The translations under genes and the position numbers were made by a program. The notes beneath the pieces were generated by a model. That model saw only the letters and a list, made by a program, of their open reading frames with translations, searched no databases and was not told the DNA's origin. A DNA stretch of 63,564 nt, filler included, from Octopus bimaculoides (lineage: Eukaryota), in the NCBI RefSeq assembly GCF_001194135.2. It is 4 parts of 3 records of this genome, joined end to end, with 100 filler letters (N's around TTAATTAATTAA, not from the genome) between each part and the next. Parts side by side here need not be neighbours in the genome. Positions count along the whole stretch, not along the records: positions 62,021 to 63,564 come from NW_026296210.1; 3 more parts are not named here. One strand, written 5' to 3'. Numbering within the stretch: position 1 is the stretch's first letter; each line of letters starts with the position of its first letter. Below, one piece after another: positions 62,640 through 63,564 of this stretch.

Positions 62640-63564
62640 GATGCACCATCCAAAGGCAGACGTGGATCGTATTTACCTTCCTAAAGCTCAGGAAGGTCGA
62701 GGCTTGATCCAGCTTGAACTTACGTACAAAACCACCACAATCGGACTGGCCAAATACCTTGAAACAACCAACGATTGGATGCTAAAACCTGTTGAAAAAT
62801 ATGAAAGACCGAAAAAAACTTCACTCTAATCTGAAAGAGAGCAAAAAACTTACTACTGATCTCTTAGATACCTACCAGATTGATCAGGTTGAAGGAAATG
62901 CTGCAAAGAAAATAAAATTAATTGCAAGGACAGAAGCATATGAACAATTAGCTAGCAGATGGGAACAGAAGCCTCTGCATGGCAAGTATGTGGCCCGTAG
63001 CAAACAAGCTGATGTCGACCAGAAACACACGCATCATTGGTTACGAAGATCAGAGCTAAAAGCAGAGAGTGAAGGTTTCATATTAGTTGCTCAAGACCAA
63101 AGCTTATTAACCCGGAACTACCAAGCCAATGTGATAAAAAATGGAGCTGATCCACAATGCCGATTCTGTAACGATGAGATTGAAAATATAGACCACCTAA
63201 TCTCAGGGTGTAGAGTCTTAACACCTGTAGAATATAAATCAAGACATGAGAGAGTCGGCCAGTATTTACACTGGACAATATGTCGGTATTATAAAATCAA
63301 AACCGCTGACAAATGGTATAAACACCATCCTGAAGCTGTGACTGAGGGAGAAAATGTGTCGATTCTCTGGGACTTCCCCGTACATACCGACAAAACTATA
63401 AAAGCTAATAAACCGGATATTATTGTAAAAGATCAGACAAAAAAGATGTGTTTATTAACTGACATGAGTATTCCTTGCGATCACAATATAGCGGCGAAAG
63501 AATTTGACAACATCAGTAAATATGAAGACTTGCTAATAGAAATTGAAAAAAATGTGGCATCTCA
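62640..63564 (+). mobile_element. R4/Dong-like RT-RLE LINE, 5'-truncated against (AAT)n, runs off the window
   Basis: HPKADVDRIYLPKAQEGRGL; after one frameshift near 62810 an open frame of about 240 codons with KPLHGKY, CRFCNDEIENIDHLISGC (CX2CX8HX4C), ILWDF..KPDIIV..DMSIPCD..SKY. Missed by the ORF track because it has no early ATG. Confidence 0.95.

Overview
AT-rich, microsatellite-dense animal genomic DNA. The repeat landscape (tRNA-headed SINEs, RTE and R4/Dong LINE relics, mariners) suggests an octopus or other coleoid cephalopod; this is an inference. The assembly has many N gaps and three artificial N44-TTAATTAATTAA-N44 linkers. Almost all ORFs in the supplied track are translations of microsatellites or gaps. 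The one well-supported host gene is on the + strand at about 49.1-61.8 kb, read manually from splice sites: a half WSC-domain exon, a 567-nt VWA exon with an intact MIDAS motif, and four EGF exons, joined by phase-1 introns. It has no stop codon in the window, and the WSC-to-VWA link is inferred from phase only. The 1-46.7 kb part is a transposon graveyard: Penelope, mariner/Tc1, solo LTRs, RTE and RLE LINEs, MITEs and three SINE families. It contains only weak candidate exons. Most notable: (1) same-orientation stacks of one SINE family, and Dong/R4 LINE fragments, sharing AAT/ATT microsatellites with opposite polarity; (2) a CpG-decay boundary near 46.7-47.1 kb; (3) several fold-back structures, including a nested inverted SINE pair just after the VWA exon; (4) a Merlin-like MITE; (5) a solo LTR whose poly(A) signal lies in a hairpin. 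No rRNA, tRNA gene or CRISPR array is supported.
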